DNA of 59,518 bases, filler included, from Nitrospinae bacterium RIFCSPLOWO2_12_FULL_45_22 (GTDB lineage Bacteria > 2-12-FULL-45-22), in NCBI GenBank assembly GCA_001803565.1. It is 6 parts of 6 records of this genome, joined end to end, with 100 filler letters (N's around TTAATTAATTAA, not from the genome) between each part and the next. Parts side by side here need not be neighbours in the genome. Positions count along the whole stretch, not along the records: positions 13,734 to 22,175 come from MHDQ01000086.1; positions 22,276 to 31,168 come from MHDQ01000087.1; 4 more parts are not named here. The stretch is one strand, 5' to 3'. The translations under genes were made by a program, and so were the position numbers. Positions 18,075-28,255 of the stretch are shown here, piece by piece (positions within the stretch are counted from its first letter, which is position 1; each line of letters begins with the position of its first letter). Under the pieces are notes generated by a model that did not search any database, was not told the DNA's origin, and was given only the letters and a program-made list of their open reading frames with translations.

Positions 18075-20087
18075 ATGGCTAATCAATTCCAGTATTTATT
18101 TACTCCCCTGAAGATCGGTCCAGTGACCGTCAAGAACCGAATAATGATTACGGCCCATGCCACGGCCTTTGGCGATACTAATCCCGTATGTGGTGAGCCG
18201 GGGTTTTATGGGGAGCGGTATGCCCATTATTTAGCCGAGCGGGCCAAAGGAGGGGCGGGTCTGATCTATTTTGGTCAGGTAAATATCCATCCTACCAGCG
18301 CCTATGAGCTAGTAAATGCCTCTATCGGCTATGACCGGGCAGCTATCCCGGGCTATAAACGAGCTACTGAGATGATCCACCAGTATGGTGCCAAGGTATT
18401 TATCCAGTTCATGCATTCGGGTATGAACAACTCTGGTGAAGTCAGCCGCTTGTCGGTCTGGGCGCCATCCAATGTACCCGGCCCTGGTGCTATTGGCCGC
18501 GAGACACCCAAGGCTATGGAGCTAGAGGATATTCAGGAAGTGATCGAGTATTATGGCCGCTGTGCCAGCTATGCCAAAGAAGGTGGGTTTGATGGCATCG
18601 AGATCCATTCTACCCATAGCTACCTCGGACAACAGTTCCTCTCTCCTTTATATAATAAGCGCACGGATAAGTATGGCGGTTCATTAGAAAATCGTATGCG
18701 CTTCCTCTTAGAGGCATTGGAGCGGGTGCGGAAAGAGACGGGTAGAGATATGGCATTAGGATTGCGTATACCGGCTGATGAACTCGTACCGGGTGGCTTG
18801 ACCCTGGATGATATGAAGATAATAGCCCGCGAACTAGAAGCTACCGGCCTGGTTGATTATCTTAATGTGAGTGTAGGGACTATACATGCTATCCATATGG
18901 TTATCGGCCCGATGTATATCCCCCATGCCTATCTGATGCCTTTAATTGCTGGTATCAAAGAGGCGGTCAAGGATATCCCTATATTCTGCATTGGCAGGAT
19001 TGTTGATCCAATGGAAGCCGAGAAAATATTAGCTGATGGCCATGCTGATATGATTGGCATGACCCGTGCCCATATTGCTGACCCAGAGATCGGTAACAAG
19101 GCCCGTGAAGGCCGGGTAGATGATATCCGCAACTGCATCGGCTGCTGCCAGGGTTGTATCGGCCATATCATATCCTGGCATCCCATTACTTGTGTCCAAA
19201 ACCCCATAGTGGGGAAAGAAAAAGAGTGGGGAATAGGTACTATCAAGCGGGCTGAGAAGCGGAAGAAAGTTATGGTGATCGGTGGAGGTCCCGGAGGCCT
19301 GGAAGCCGCCCGGGTAGCAGCCGAAAGGGGGCACGCTGTAACCCTGTATGAGAAAGCGTCAGAGCTGGGTGGTCAAATCAATCTGGCGGCTAAACTACCT
19401 GGTCGAGATGAGATGGATGGCATAGTTAGGTATCGGAATATCCAGATGGGAAAGCTGGGCGTAAAGGTTATCCTAAACACAGAAGTAACTCCAGCATTAG
19501 TGGCAAAAGAGGCCCCGGATGCCGTGGTAGTAGCCACTGGGTCTAGGCCCATCCGCACCGGGTTCCAGGGATTTACCTGTGCTGAGATACCAGGCTATCA
19601 ACAAGATTACGTGGTGGTTGCAGAAGATATCATAAAGAACCAGGTGAAAGTAGGCAATAAGGTAGTGATACTGGATGAAGACTTGCATATTAAGGCCCTG
19701 GCGTTAGCCGATCTCTTATCAGAGCAAGGTAAACAAGTAGAAATCATAACCCGGGCCCTATATGTTGGAACCGAAGTAGATTTTGTGACTCTAGCCGCTA
19801 TTTATCAGCGCATATGCAGCAAAGGCGTAACGCTAACCCCCAATAGCTTTATCAAAGAGATCCTGCCCGGTGGTAAGGTAGTGGCTTTTAGTATCATTAC
19901 CCAGGAAGAGCGAAAGCTAGAAGGAATAGATACCCTGGTACTGGTGACCGGTAACCAACCCGAAGAGGGGCTCTATTTTGCCTTGAAAGGAAAGGTGAAA
20001 GAACTTTATCGGGTAGGGGACTGTGTGGCCCCCAGGAAGGCCGACCGGGCTATCTATGATGGCCATCAGGTAGGGAGGATGCTCTAG
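18075..20087 (+). CDS. FadH/OYE-family oxidoreductase with FMN barrel, [4Fe-4S] motif and FAD/NAD domain
   Basis: ERAKGGAGL, GFDGIEIHSTHSY, CIGCCQGC...CVQNP, VIGGGPGGLEAA, VGDCVAPR. Confidence 0.92.
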   Translation: MANQFQYLFTPLKIGPVTVKNRIMITAHATAFGDTNPVCGEPGFYGERYAHYLAERAKGGAGLIYFGQVNIHPTSAYELVNASIGYDRAAIPGYKRATEMIHQYGAKVFIQFMHSGMNNSGEVSRLSVWAPSNVPGPGAIGRETPKAMELEDIQEVIEYYGRCASYAKEGGFDGIEIHSTHSYLGQQFLSPLYNKRTDKYGGSLENRMRFLLEALERVRKETGRDMALGLRIPADELVPGGLTLDDMKIIARELEATGLVDYLNVSVGTIHAIHMVIGPMYIPHAYLMPLIAGIKEAVKDIPIFCIGRIVDPMEAEKILADGHADMIGMTRAHIADPEIGNKAREGRVDDIRNCIGCCQGCIGHIISWHPITCVQNPIVGKEKEWGIGTIKRAEKRKKVMVIGGGPGGLEAARVAAERGHAVTLYEKASELGGQINLAAKLPGRDEMDGIVRYRNIQMGKLGVKVILNTEVTPALVAKEAPDAVVVATGSRPIRTGFQGFTCAEIPGYQQDYVVVAEDIIKNQVKVGNKVVILDEDLHIKALALADLLSEQGKQVEIITRALYVGTEVDFVTLAAIYQRICSKGVTLTPNSFIKEILPGGKVVAFSIITQEERKLEGIDTLVLVTGNQPEEGLYFALKGKVKELYRVGDCVAPRKADRAIYDGHQVGRML

Positions 20088-20091
20088 TCTT

Positions 20092-20916
20092 TTGAAGGGG
20101 CAATATATAAAAGTTAATGGGTTAGAGACCTATTATATAACGCAGGGCAAAGGTTATCCCCTTATTCTCATCCACGGTCTTCCCGGTTCTACTTATACCT
20201 GGCGGAATAGTATATTGCCCCTCGCGCAGCATTTCCAGGTATATGCCTTAGACCTGAAGGGCTTCGGTTATTCAGACAAACCCGCCGGGAATTATTCCCT
20301 GCTGGCCCATGCAGAATTGATTAAGGATTTTATGGAGGGCCTTAATATCCCATCAGCGGCCTTGATAGGTAGTTCATACGGTGGTGGGGTAGGCATGACT
20401 ATGGCCTTAAAATATCCAGAACGAGCTAATCAGTTGGTCCTGATCGGCAGCATTGGATACCCTTTCGGGAGATGGATAGTGGACTTGTCCTGGCTTAACC
20501 AGTTGCAAGAGCTTGCTTTCTATGCCTTACCCTTTATCCCACCTCTAGCTAAATTGTTGATCAGAAAAGCCTATGAGATGGCCTATTATGACCCTGCCCT
20601 CATCAGTAAAGAGATGATTGAGGAGGGCTATAGATTAATCTGCCTAAAGGGGGTGGCCGGGTCTTACTTTGCCACTGTTCGGGGCCTGGATGAGCAATGG
20701 CTAGGAGAAAATATAAAATACCTAACCAAGCCTACACTGATAATTGCTGGTGCCGACGATAAGATGGTTCCTCGCTGGGTAGCAGAGAGATTGCATTCTG
20801 AGATCAAAGGTTCCAGGCTAGAAATTATCCCGCAATGTGGCCATATACCCCAGGAAGAAAAACCCCTCATAACCAACAATCTGATTATTGAATTTTTGCA
20901 GCGCCAAACATCCTAA
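20092..20916 (+). CDS. Alpha/beta hydrolase (Ser nucleophile)
   Basis: LIHG, DLKGFGYS, GSSYGG, GHIPQEE. Confidence 0.88.
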   Translation: MKGQYIKVNGLETYYITQGKGYPLILIHGLPGSTYTWRNSILPLAQHFQVYALDLKGFGYSDKPAGNYSLLAHAELIKDFMEGLNIPSAALIGSSYGGGVGMTMALKYPERANQLVLIGSIGYPFGRWIVDLSWLNQLQELAFYALPFIPPLAKLLIRKAYEMAYYDPALISKEMIEEGYRLICLKGVAGSYFATVRGLDEQWLGENIKYLTKPTLIIAGADDKMVPRWVAERLHSEIKGSRLEIIPQCGHIPQEEKPLITNNLIIEFLQRQTS

Positions 20917-20983
20917 CTACGGTTCTGCTTTAGTATCCATATTAGACCTTGCTGTGGGTGGGAGTTCCTCCAACTCTGCGTCT

Positions 20984-21035
20984 GGTGAAATTTTGAAAAG
21001 GATGATACTTGGTTTTAGAAATTTTTGGGGAAACT
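20984..21035 (+). repeat. 52-bp dispersed repeat, copy 1
   Basis: 50/52 identical to 23839-23890. Confidence 0.85.
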
Positions 21036-21130
21036 CCGGATATTGACGCAGCGGACGAGAGCTTGTTCTTGTTATTACGGTCTCCCATACAAAAGGTCAA
21101 GCATTAGGGGGGAAAAATAATAAATTTATT

Positions 21131-21176
21131 TTGACAGCCAGAGGATATTTTTGTATTATTAACTTCAAGTTGAAGT
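21131..21176 (+). promoter_or_regulatory. Sigma70 promoter with adjacent palindromic operator candidate
   Basis: TTGACA(21131)-17 nt-TATTAT(21154), then ACTTCAA-G-TTGAAGT (21162-21176). Confidence 0.6.
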
Positions 21177-21268
21177 GGCCATCAGGTGTTTGTAACCAGA
21201 TGATAAAACCCTTCCAGCTTATCAAGCCTGATCGAATGAACAATTTGTTTGAAAGGAGGTATCCCGCC

Positions 21269-22175
21269 ATGGAAGCTACTTTAAAAAAGATTTTCGCTGT
21301 GGTAACTGACCCGTATACTTCTATTGTCCAGTGGAAAGAGCAGAGCCAAAAAAAGGTAGTCGGCTGTATGCCGATGCACTTGCCGGAGGAGTTGGTGCAT
21401 GCCGCTGGGCTGCAGCCGGTAATATTTTGGCGCAGTAATGAATCCATAACCCTGGGCCATTCTCATGTGTATTCCTTCAACTGTGGATTGACCCGCAGTA
21501 TCGTGGATGATGCCGTGAAGGGAAAGCTAACCTTTCTGGATGGTATGATCTTTTATGACATCTGCCTCCAGGGTAGAGAATTGCCTTTTCTCATTAATAG
21601 GAACGCCCGCCCGGCCTTCCTTGAGGTTATGTTTATCCCCGGTATGGTGGTAGGACCCGTCTATAAAGACTTTTTCATGGAAAACCTGGAGCGCTTGAAG
21701 ACTAGCCTGGAGGGCTTTAGTGGACAAAAGATTACAGATGACGCCCTTAAAAAAAGTATCGGGCTATATAACAAACATCGGGATCTTTTAAGAGACTTGT
21801 ATGACCTGAGGAGAAAGAACCCAGGTATTCTCAAAACCCGGGAAATGGTGGCTATTGTTCAATCCGGCATGTTAATGCCAAAGGAAGAGCATTGTCAGTT
21901 ATTAGAGACCCTATTGAATGATCTCAAACAGCGCAAAGCCCTACCAGATAAGAAGCCTCGTGTAGTACTGGTCGGTTGCCTCTGCCAGACACCCCATTTT
22001 GATATCCTGGACTTGATTGAAGAAGAAGGGGCGGTAGTAGTGGATGATGATATCTATGTGGGTTCCAGATATCTGGCCCGGGATGTAGAGCTAGATGGTA
22101 ACCCGATAGAGGCCCTGGCTAAACGCTACCTGCGGCGGATACCACCCTGCCCTACCAAGGTGGATTGGGTAACTG
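21269..22175 (+). CDS. 2-hydroxyacyl-CoA dehydratase / benzoyl-CoA reductase subunit (HgdB/BcrC-like), 3' truncated
   Basis: VVGCMP...PEELVHAAG, SFNCG, DICLQ, IEEEGAVVVDDD...GSRY, PCP; AGGAGGT RBS before ATG 21269. Confidence 0.85.
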
Positions 22176-22275
22176 NNNNNNNNNNNNNNNNNNNNNNNNN
22201 NNNNNNNNNNNNNNNNNNNTTAATTAATTAANNNNNNNNNNNNNNNNNNNNNNNNNNNNNNNNNNNNNNNNNNNN
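22176..22275. other. Artificial contig linker
   Basis: N-TTAATTAATTAA-N. Confidence 0.98.
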
Positions 22276-23119
22276 CGGTTGCCAGGTCCTTTCTTATATC
22301 GCTATTGGGTGCAGATTTTACCAGATAGCGATACACCCCATTACCAGCACAGCCCTGGCCTTCTACCTGCAATACCCCGTTGACCTTTTCCAGTTCCCTG
22401 GATACCCTCTCCGGGGGCCCTTCTATTTGTAAAGAGACCCGGTGGGATTTCTGTAACTGGGCGGTTAGATTCTCTGGGGTATCTACTGCTATTAACCTGC
22501 CTTCGTTAATAATAATTACCCTCTGGCAGACCATGCTTACCTCGGGCAGGATATGGGTGCTCAAAATAACCGTCCGCTGGCCCCCCAAACCTTTAATAAG
22601 ATTCCGAATCTCTATAATCTGCTTAGGGTCCAAACCTAATGTAGGCTCATCTAAGATCAAGACCTCTGGGTCACTCAGTAGGGCCTGGGCTATCCCAACC
22701 CGCTGCCTGTATCCCTTGGAGAGCTTCCCTATAAGCCGGTTACGAACCTCTGCTATGCCACAATCCCGGATGGTCTCTTCCACCCGGCGCTGCCGTTCCC
22801 TCCTCTTGATGCCCTTTATCTCGGCGACAAAAAAGAGATAGCTAGTAACCGTCATATCGTTATAAAGGGGTACATTTTCCGGGAGATAGCCTATCCGGCG
22901 GCGGACCTCCAGGGGGTGTTTATAAATATCATAACCCGCTACCCGTACCTGACCACTGGTAGGGGGGATGAAGCACGTAAGGATTCTCATAGTAGTAGTC
23001 TTACCAGCACCATTGGGCCCCAGGAAGCCAAGTATTTCCCCTCTTTCTACCTGGAAGGAGATATCCTTTACTGCCGGTAATAGGCCATAATACTTGGTCA
23101 ATCCCTCTACTTCTATCAT
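22276..23119 (-). CDS. ABC-2 type transporter ATP-binding protein (GldA-like), 3' truncated
   Basis: GPNGAGKTT, LSKGYRQRVG, ILDEPT, STHIL. Confidence 0.92.
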
Positions 23120-23323
23120 GGAACCTATTCCTCCTCCTTATCCCGTGCTTTTATCTTCCCCCGGGCCTTTTCTGCCTCCTCACCTATGAGATTAACCTCC
23201 CCTAAAATGGGGCAATAGATTTGCAAAAAATTTATCGGTTGTTTGCTGGCGCTTGAGGGCATAACCTTTTTCTCTCTAACAATCCTGGCAGTACAGTCCA
23301 TATTATCTTACTCCTTCAAATCA

Positions 23324-23632
23324 TTACCTGCCCGTAATATCTTTCTTTTTCTTAGCCTTTTTGGGTTCCTGGGTCACCTTTTCCAGCTTTAATTTACCCT
23401 GAACAATCTCTTTACAGGCTATTTCTGTTAGCGATAATGACCGAGACTCCTCAATATCTACCAAGGGCTTAGCCCCTCTATTCAATTGTTGAACCCTATC
23501 GGAAATAATCCTTACCAATAAATATCTATTAGGGATAATCCTTAAGGCTTCTGATAGATATAAGCCGTCATCCATCCAGGCTTTCCCCCCGTAAAATTCT
23601 CTTTCCATATCTATTAAAATAAGCTCCCCCAT
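23324..23632 (-). CDS. rpoZ: RNA polymerase omega subunit-like protein (true start may be Met at 23575)
   Basis: IPNRYLLV.....RVQQLNRGAKPLV.......EIACKEI..GK matches the omega pattern. Confidence 0.7.
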   Translation of the reverse strand: MGELILIDMEREFYGGKAWMDDGLYLSEALRIIPNRYLLVRIISDRVQQLNRGAKPLVDIEESRSLSLTEIACKEIVQGKLKLEKVTQEPKKAKKKKDITGR

Positions 23633-23838
23633 CCTTATCCCATCCTTGTAGAATTACAATAACTGACCAAATATAACAAAACATAAGGTAATCAATTTAT
23701 AAGCTAAAATCCTTTTTGTCAACTTCCCTTTCCCCCATTTCTCCCCCCGGCATTCCCCAAAAGTAACCGTTCAGCCCCTCACACCTCACTTCTCACTCCT
23801 TACGATGTACGTATCTTTGTGTCCTCTGCGTTCTCGGC

Positions 23839-23890
23839 GGTGAAATTTTGAAAAGGATGATACTTGGTTGTAGAAATTTTTGGGAAAACT
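23839..23890 (+). repeat. 52-bp dispersed repeat, copy 2
   Basis: 50/52 identical to 20984-21035. Confidence 0.85.
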
Positions 23891-24008
23891 ACAGGCAGTT
23901 TCATAAGGCTTGACACTATATGTAAGTACGCTTTAAAATAGTTGATAATCTCTTGGTTAGAGTTTTCCACTGCCCCAAAAGGGTTCCCAGGAAGGGAAAA
24001 ATAAAATC

Positions 24009-24974
24009 ATGAATGAAAGGACTTATATTCTAATCCCCCTCTTTTTTTGTCTATTTTATTCAGCCTGTTACAAATCCAACTTAAAGATATACCCCTTGAA
24101 AGTAAAACCCTCTATTCACCGCAACGAGGTAAAAATGACCGTTAACTCTCTAGGAAAGGCAAAAGAATGGCTGCAAATCAATTTGACTATTAACAATACT
24201 AGTCCTTATAACCTGGAGTTAAAGACCCATAATGTTCTTTTAACTCATGGTGGTGGTAGGATTCTTTGGCCCCTGGACCAGGGAGAATTAATAATGAAGA
24301 TTAGTCAAGAGGCCCACCAATACTCTTCTCTGGCGGTAATACCAATGGTTGGCTCTTTAGTAGCCATCCAGCAGCTTATAGTAAATAATAGGGTCAGAGA
24401 CGATTCAGACGATATCATTAATACCTCACTTAAGGATATTGATATCCCACCCCGGATGACTATCAGAGGGAATGTTTATTTCCCGGCGGTAGAGAATGTA
24501 GAAGAGATCATCGTCTACCTGAAAAGAGAAAATAACCTCATTAAATTCCAGGTCCCTATAACCCAGACCCGTTCTAGCAAGCTGCCCGGAGGTAAACGCT
24601 TGCCTGAAGCAGAGATTTTATATCAGAAGGCCTTTACCCAGTATAAAGCAGCTTTATACCAGAAGGCTGTCCAGCAATTTAGTATGTTCTTAAAGAATTT
24701 CCCTCAGCATGATCTGGCCGATAATGCTCAATATTGGGTAGGAGAAAGCTATTATTCTCTAGGATTATTTCCGGAAGCTATATCTGCTTTTCAGAAAGTA
24801 ATAACCTATTATCCTAAGAGGAATAAGGCCCCTGATGCCTTATTGAAAATAGGCCTGTGTCGTCTAGTCACCAAAGATAAAGAGAAAGCCCGGACAACTT
24901 TACAGAAATTGTTGACCGAATACCCATCCACTAATGCAGCTTACTTAGCCCGAATGAAATTAGGGGAAATTTAA
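24009..24974 (+). CDS. Probable lipoprotein with a C-terminal CpoB/YbgF-like TPR domain
   Basis: Lipobox-like YSAC; FLKNFPQHDLADNAQYWVGESYY...KAPDALLKIG...EYPST. Confidence 0.75.
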   Translation: MNERTYILIPLFFCLFYSACYKSNLKIYPLKVKPSIHRNEVKMTVNSLGKAKEWLQINLTINNTSPYNLELKTHNVLLTHGGGRILWPLDQGELIMKISQEAHQYSSLAVIPMVGSLVAIQQLIVNNRVRDDSDDIINTSLKDIDIPPRMTIRGNVYFPAVENVEEIIVYLKRENNLIKFQVPITQTRSSKLPGGKRLPEAEILYQKAFTQYKAALYQKAVQQFSMFLKNFPQHDLADNAQYWVGESYYSLGLFPEAISAFQKVITYYPKRNKAPDALLKIGLCRLVTKDKEKARTTLQKLLTEYPSTNAAYLARMKLGEI

Positions 24975-25061
24975 TTTATATAATAAAATATACCCCGTCT
25001 CAGGGATGTATCGGCACCTATAGTTAATAAACCCCGAAGAGAGCCGTAGTGCTGAAAGAGG

Positions 25062-26150
25062 ATGGTAAATATGAAAAAGACTATAAAACTCGAACTGGAA
25101 ATGCTTTACACTCAACTAAAGATTTATTCTGGAGTAATTGATATTCTGGTATCTTCTTTGCACCTGGACTTTTTAGCCCGAAGGGTCTTGGAAAAGATAC
25201 TAGAGATATTACCCTTTAACGCCGGGGCCTTACACCTCTATAATCCAGAGGAGAATCTTTTAGAATTAAAGACTCATATAGGTGTTTCCGAGGAGTTTAT
25301 AAAAAAGGCTGAGCGAATAATTGTTGGGGAGGGTATTACAGGCCGTACTGCCCTATATAGAAGATCTATTATGTTAAGCGGTCAAGAAATAGATCCGCGT
25401 GCCCAACCTGATAACACCTTTCCCCCACCATCAAATATGCGCCCTATAATAAGCCTCCCAATTGTCCCTAAAATAGATACTATCCAACTACCTATAAGGA
25501 TAAAAGACGAACTTATTGGGGTTTTGACCTTTTTCCCCAATCCTGATCAAGATATAAAAGAGATGGTTTTTAAGACCCTCGATTCCTTATGTAACCCTCT
25601 GGCCTTGGGTTTTAAGAATGCTATGCTCTACGAAGAAGCAGAGCAGATGGCTACTAAAGATGGGTTAACTCGCTTGTATAATCACTCTTATTTGCAAGGC
25701 TTCCTGGAAATGGAATTGGTTCGAGGAAAGCGTTACCACAGACCATTAACTTTTGCGATGCTGGACATTGATAATTTCAAACAGATCAACGATACTTACG
25801 GCCATCAGGAAGGAGACCTGATACTGAAAGAACTAGCCGATATATTGCGTAATTTCACCCGGGCAAGTGATTTGGTGGCCCGGTATGGTGGAGAAGAATT
25901 CGCCGTTGTTCTCCCAGAGACCCTTGCGCCTCAGGCTTATATTTTAACTGAACGTTTACGGCAGCAAATAGCAGGGTATTCTTTTTCTGGTGCGGATCAT
26001 CCGCTAAAAATTACTACTAGCTGCGGGATCGCTGATTGGGAACCCCATTATCCTTTAGATCAACAAGGATTAATTGCTAGAGCAGACCAGGCACTATATC
26101 AAGCTAAGTCCCAGGGGCGGAATAAAACCTGTCTCTGGGAAAAAGATTAG
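25062..26150 (+). CDS. GAF-GGDEF diguanylate cyclase
   Basis: GEGITGRTA GAF segment; DGLTRLYN, DIDNFK.IND.YGH, RASD I-site, RYGGEEF. Confidence 0.92.
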   Translation: MVNMKKTIKLELEMLYTQLKIYSGVIDILVSSLHLDFLARRVLEKILEILPFNAGALHLYNPEENLLELKTHIGVSEEFIKKAERIIVGEGITGRTALYRRSIMLSGQEIDPRAQPDNTFPPPSNMRPIISLPIVPKIDTIQLPIRIKDELIGVLTFFPNPDQDIKEMVFKTLDSLCNPLALGFKNAMLYEEAEQMATKDGLTRLYNHSYLQGFLEMELVRGKRYHRPLTFAMLDIDNFKQINDTYGHQEGDLILKELADILRNFTRASDLVARYGGEEFAVVLPETLAPQAYILTERLRQQIAGYSFSGADHPLKITTSCGIADWEPHYPLDQQGLIARADQALYQAKSQGRNKTCLWEKD

Positions 26151-26407
26151 CCCCTGCCAAAAAAGCCCAAAAAATCTAAGGTGACAGCTTCAATTTACAT
26201 TCCGCACCCTTCCGAGAAGGCCAGAAATAATTTGTAGTGGGTTGAAAAAGGGGACACGAATTACACGAATAGACTAATGGCACGAATGAAGAAAAAAAAA
26301 CCAGCAAAGCAAGCTTTGCCACTACATAATGCTATGGCAGTGCTAGTTTATTAATATCTGTAGTGGTCGAGCTTGCTCGACACCCCCTTTTCTTCAGTAA
26401 CAACTAA

Positions 26408-27511
26408 TTAATCAAACAATCTTTTAGTAACATAGAGGTAGGGTTTTAAAAATTTCCACAACAGGATAGACCCCGCCTCCCGAAGAAATAACTGTAAATA
26501 GCTGGTCCCCCCTAAGCAACTCTGACAATAAGGGTGGATAACCCGAAAACGTTGAAACCCTTTGAGGATAGAAATGAGATCAGGGGAATTTAGGATATTA
26601 GGGAGCTCTTGATGACATAAATTACCTACTGCAGTGTGGCCATCAAAATCTCGACAACAAAGGACTAGATCGCCATTCCATAAGATGCTAAAATGATCGG
26701 CTATAGCAGGACAATAGCCAAACCTGGCTCTCTTGATAGGCTTTTGGATTAAGGTATTACCCCAATTATCCAGGATATAAGTCTCCAGAAAAATGCGGGG
26801 ATAGACTTCTAGGACATTCCATTTACGCAGAGAGACCCTTTTTATCCTTTCTAAGACCCTTTCTTCTCTGATACGGTTCTGAGCCCCTTCCAAACCATAC
26901 AGTTTCTTCGTCCATTGGGCCAAGGCACTATGCAAGTCAGGTATCTGTGTTGCGACCCCTCCCTGATCCAAGGGAGTAACTAGTAACCTTCTGTCTTTAG
27001 AGTTTAGTAAGTGGAGCTTGATGGTAGTTTCGCCTTTGTTCTGGATAAGCAAAGAGATAAAGTTAAGAATATTCTGAAAGTATTCCTCAGCGGTTAGCCT
27101 CCCCGCTTGCCTCAGAGCAAAGCTATCTTCATCAGGCGTTTGGAGAGAAATATTTATTTGATCGAGCTCTAAGGCCAACAATCTATCTATATTCTCCTCA
27201 GTAAATAGACTACCATTAGTAGTCAGTCCTACTTTGCACCTCATATCCCTGGCATAGGCTATAATCTGAAATACCTGGGGGTGGAGCATTGGTTCCCCCA
27301 TTACATGAAAAGTGATCTTTTCGGCTATATCCATCTCTTTTAAATCCGTAATGACCTTTTTGGCCAATTCCAGAGTCATATAGCCCTTTTCCCGGGTCAT
27401 TAAAGAGCTAGGGCAAAAGGTGCACCGGAAATTGCAAATATTTGTTAGTTCCATATGGACCCGGGAAATAGGGAAGGATACATATTTCTTAATAATATCA
27501 ACCTTACTCAT
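26408..27511 (-). CDS. Radical SAM protein with SPASM/twitch domain
   Basis: CNFRCTFC, MGEPMLHP, TTNG, C-terminal C...GDLVLCCRD...GNL...CQSC. Confidence 0.88.
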   Translation of the reverse strand: MSKVDIIKKYVSFPISRVHMELTNICNFRCTFCPSSLMTREKGYMTLELAKKVITDLKEMDIAEKITFHVMGEPMLHPQVFQIIAYARDMRCKVGLTTNGSLFTEENIDRLLALELDQINISLQTPDEDSFALRQAGRLTAEEYFQNILNFISLLIQNKGETTIKLHLLNSKDRRLLVTPLDQGGVATQIPDLHSALAQWTKKLYGLEGAQNRIREERVLERIKRVSLRKWNVLEVYPRIFLETYILDNWGNTLIQKPIKRARFGYCPAIADHFSILWNGDLVLCCRDFDGHTAVGNLCHQELPNILNSPDLISILKGFQRFRVIHPYCQSCLGGTSYLQLFLREAGSILLWKFLKPYLYVTKRLFD

Positions 27512-27583
27512 AGCTACCCTTTTTGTAAATCCTGGTGTCAGTGTCAGAAACTAAAAACTGACACTGAGACCAATAACCGATAT

Positions 27584-28123
27584 TTATACTCCAGGCCTGC
27601 TATATTGCTTTAGAGACCTCATAAAATTCTTTATAAAATCAATCTCTATCCCCACTGTTAACCGGATGTGTTCTGATATAGCTATCAGATAATAGGGTCT
27701 GGCCTCCTGCCGTAGGGATTTTTCTAGCTGATGTGCCCAGAGCCTAACCCGCCTCAAGCTTACTAGCCTCTCCCGGATCATTTTTAAGACGTCCACAGGT
27801 TCTAAAAATTTCAAGAAATAGAGAGACAGGTCTAGATTATGGAAGGGCCGCTGTAGGGTCAAAAAATTTCTATGAAGCAGATTGCGAAATTCTTGTCTCC
27901 CCTTTTTTGTTATCTGATATACATATCTTTCCGGCCTGCGGCCATGCTGACCCACGGTTTTGGTTACTAAGCTCCTCGATTCTAAATTTTTCAAGGCATA
28001 ATAGATAGGACCGGAAGATAGCTCCATAAACCTACCCATGTCTTCCTCTATTAGCTTCTTCATCTCATAGCCATGTTTAGGGCCATCACAAAGTAAGCCT
28101 AGAAGGACAATATCCTGGATCAT
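27584..28123 (-). CDS. PadR family transcriptional regulator
   Basis: LLGLL..GPKHGYEM...IYYALKNLE...YQITKKG. Confidence 0.9.
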   Translation of the reverse strand: MIQDIVLLGLLCDGPKHGYEMKKLIEEDMGRFMELSSGPIYYALKNLESRSLVTKTVGQHGRRPERYVYQITKKGRQEFRNLLHRNFLTLQRPFHNLDLSLYFLKFLEPVDVLKMIRERLVSLRRVRLWAHQLEKSLRQEARPYYLIAISEHIRLTVGIEIDFIKNFMRSLKQYSRPGV

Positions 28124-28255
28124 TCCCGCCCCCCAGTCTATCTTAGTGAGCAGTAAGCAAGTTAGCGGTTAACTCCTCACTACTTACCCCCGTGTGAGTT
28201 CAAGGTAGGTTAAAGGTCTTAACAAGAAATGGAAGGATATCCAAGGTCAAGTAAT

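Noticed and set aside
26255-26290. CACGAAT repeated three times, and other short repeats, considered as CRISPR
   Set aside because: No constant 25-40-bp repeat with unique spacers and no cas genes
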